From contig NW_024704742.1 in the NCBI RefSeq assembly GCF_018977255.1, positions 16,928,001 through 16,992,000 on the forward strand: a DNA stretch of 64,000 nucleotides. The letters run 5' to 3'. This DNA comes from Callorhinchus milii. Taxonomy: Eukaryota. Position numbers and translations under genes: made by a program. Below the pieces are notes generated by a model, which saw only the letters and a program-made list of their open reading frames with translations, was not told the DNA's origin and made no database searches. Each line of letters opens with the position of its first letter. Within the stretch, counting starts at the first letter, position 1. Positions 63,298-64,000 of this stretch are shown one piece after another.

Positions 63298-63760
63298 CAG
63301 AACAACAAAAATTACATTTGTATAAACCTGTCACATTGTGACAATGTCCCAAGACGCTGGACTGTCAGTGTTTCGGACGTGAGCTGCGGGTCGGAATTGG
63401 GGAGGGTGGAGGGGGAAGGAGGGTGACCAAAGGCATGGTTGAAAAGGAGGGTCTTGAGACGGGTTTTGAAGGAGTCAAGGCAGGGGGAGCGGCAGAGGAA
63501 CTGTACGATGGAGTTCCAGAGAGTCGGTCTGAGTGGCTGAAGGCCTGCCCGTCAATGATGGGGTGGGCGAGGCGGGGTACGTGAAGCAGGCCAGAGCCCA
63601 CTGAGTGGAGGGAGCGGGCAAGTTTGCAGGGGTTTAGGTCACAGAGGGGGGAGCAAAGCCATGGAGGACTTTGAAGGTGCGGACCAGGATCTTGAACTTT
63701 ATCCTCTGAGCGATGGGAAGCCAGTGGAGCCGGGCGAGGATGGGAGTGATAGGATCGTGA
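63298..63760 (-). mobile_element. Decayed L2 3' fragment (subfamily B)
   Basis: Homologous to 13528-14000 (gggaagccagtggagc, ggaccaggatcttgaac) with the same tail. Confidence 0.85.
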
Positions 63761-64000
63761 TGAAAAGCATTGAGTGCAAGTGTTTTTTGATCCCTGTGTC
63801 TGCTGTACTTCCTCGGTTTACTGCTTAGTGGTTATCTGCTAAAACGCTGTGTAACATGGGTGAAAACACCGGATTTCAGCATCATGGAAACATAGCAATA
63901 TTATAGGAGAGGGGAGCTGTCAATTGTGGTCAGCTCAACCAATTGAAATAACCACTCCGGTCAGCAGAAGAGAACAAGCTCAACCAATAACAAATAGCTC

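Overview
Vertebrate genomic DNA, not prokaryotic. The repeat content (L2 and CR1 LINEs, tRNA-head SINEs with L2-type tails, Penelope-like elements) suggests a cartilaginous fish, possibly a holocephalan; this is inference. The only host gene is the 3' part of tolloid-like 1 (TLL1, BMP1/tolloid family) on the minus strand. Eight GT-AG exons (63074 down to the stop at 23770) join in frame into about 440 aa, EGF1-CUB3-EGF2-CUB4-CUB5. A probable ~2 kb 3' UTR follows, and 1-21.6 kb is gene-free intergenic DNA. The long ORFs in the ORF track are LINE ORF2 remnants or their antisense shadows. The most interesting non-genic signal is a set of Penelope-derived inverted or fold-back insertions. They carry minimal hammerhead-ribozyme motifs and are flanked by 14-15 bp target-site duplications. 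Also notable are SINE/L2 3' stem-loop sharing, a possibly intact L2 5' end with a repeated promoter-like unit, and a five-copy palindromic MITE-like family. I found no evidence for a new multi-gene system; the findings are mostly mobile-element biology.
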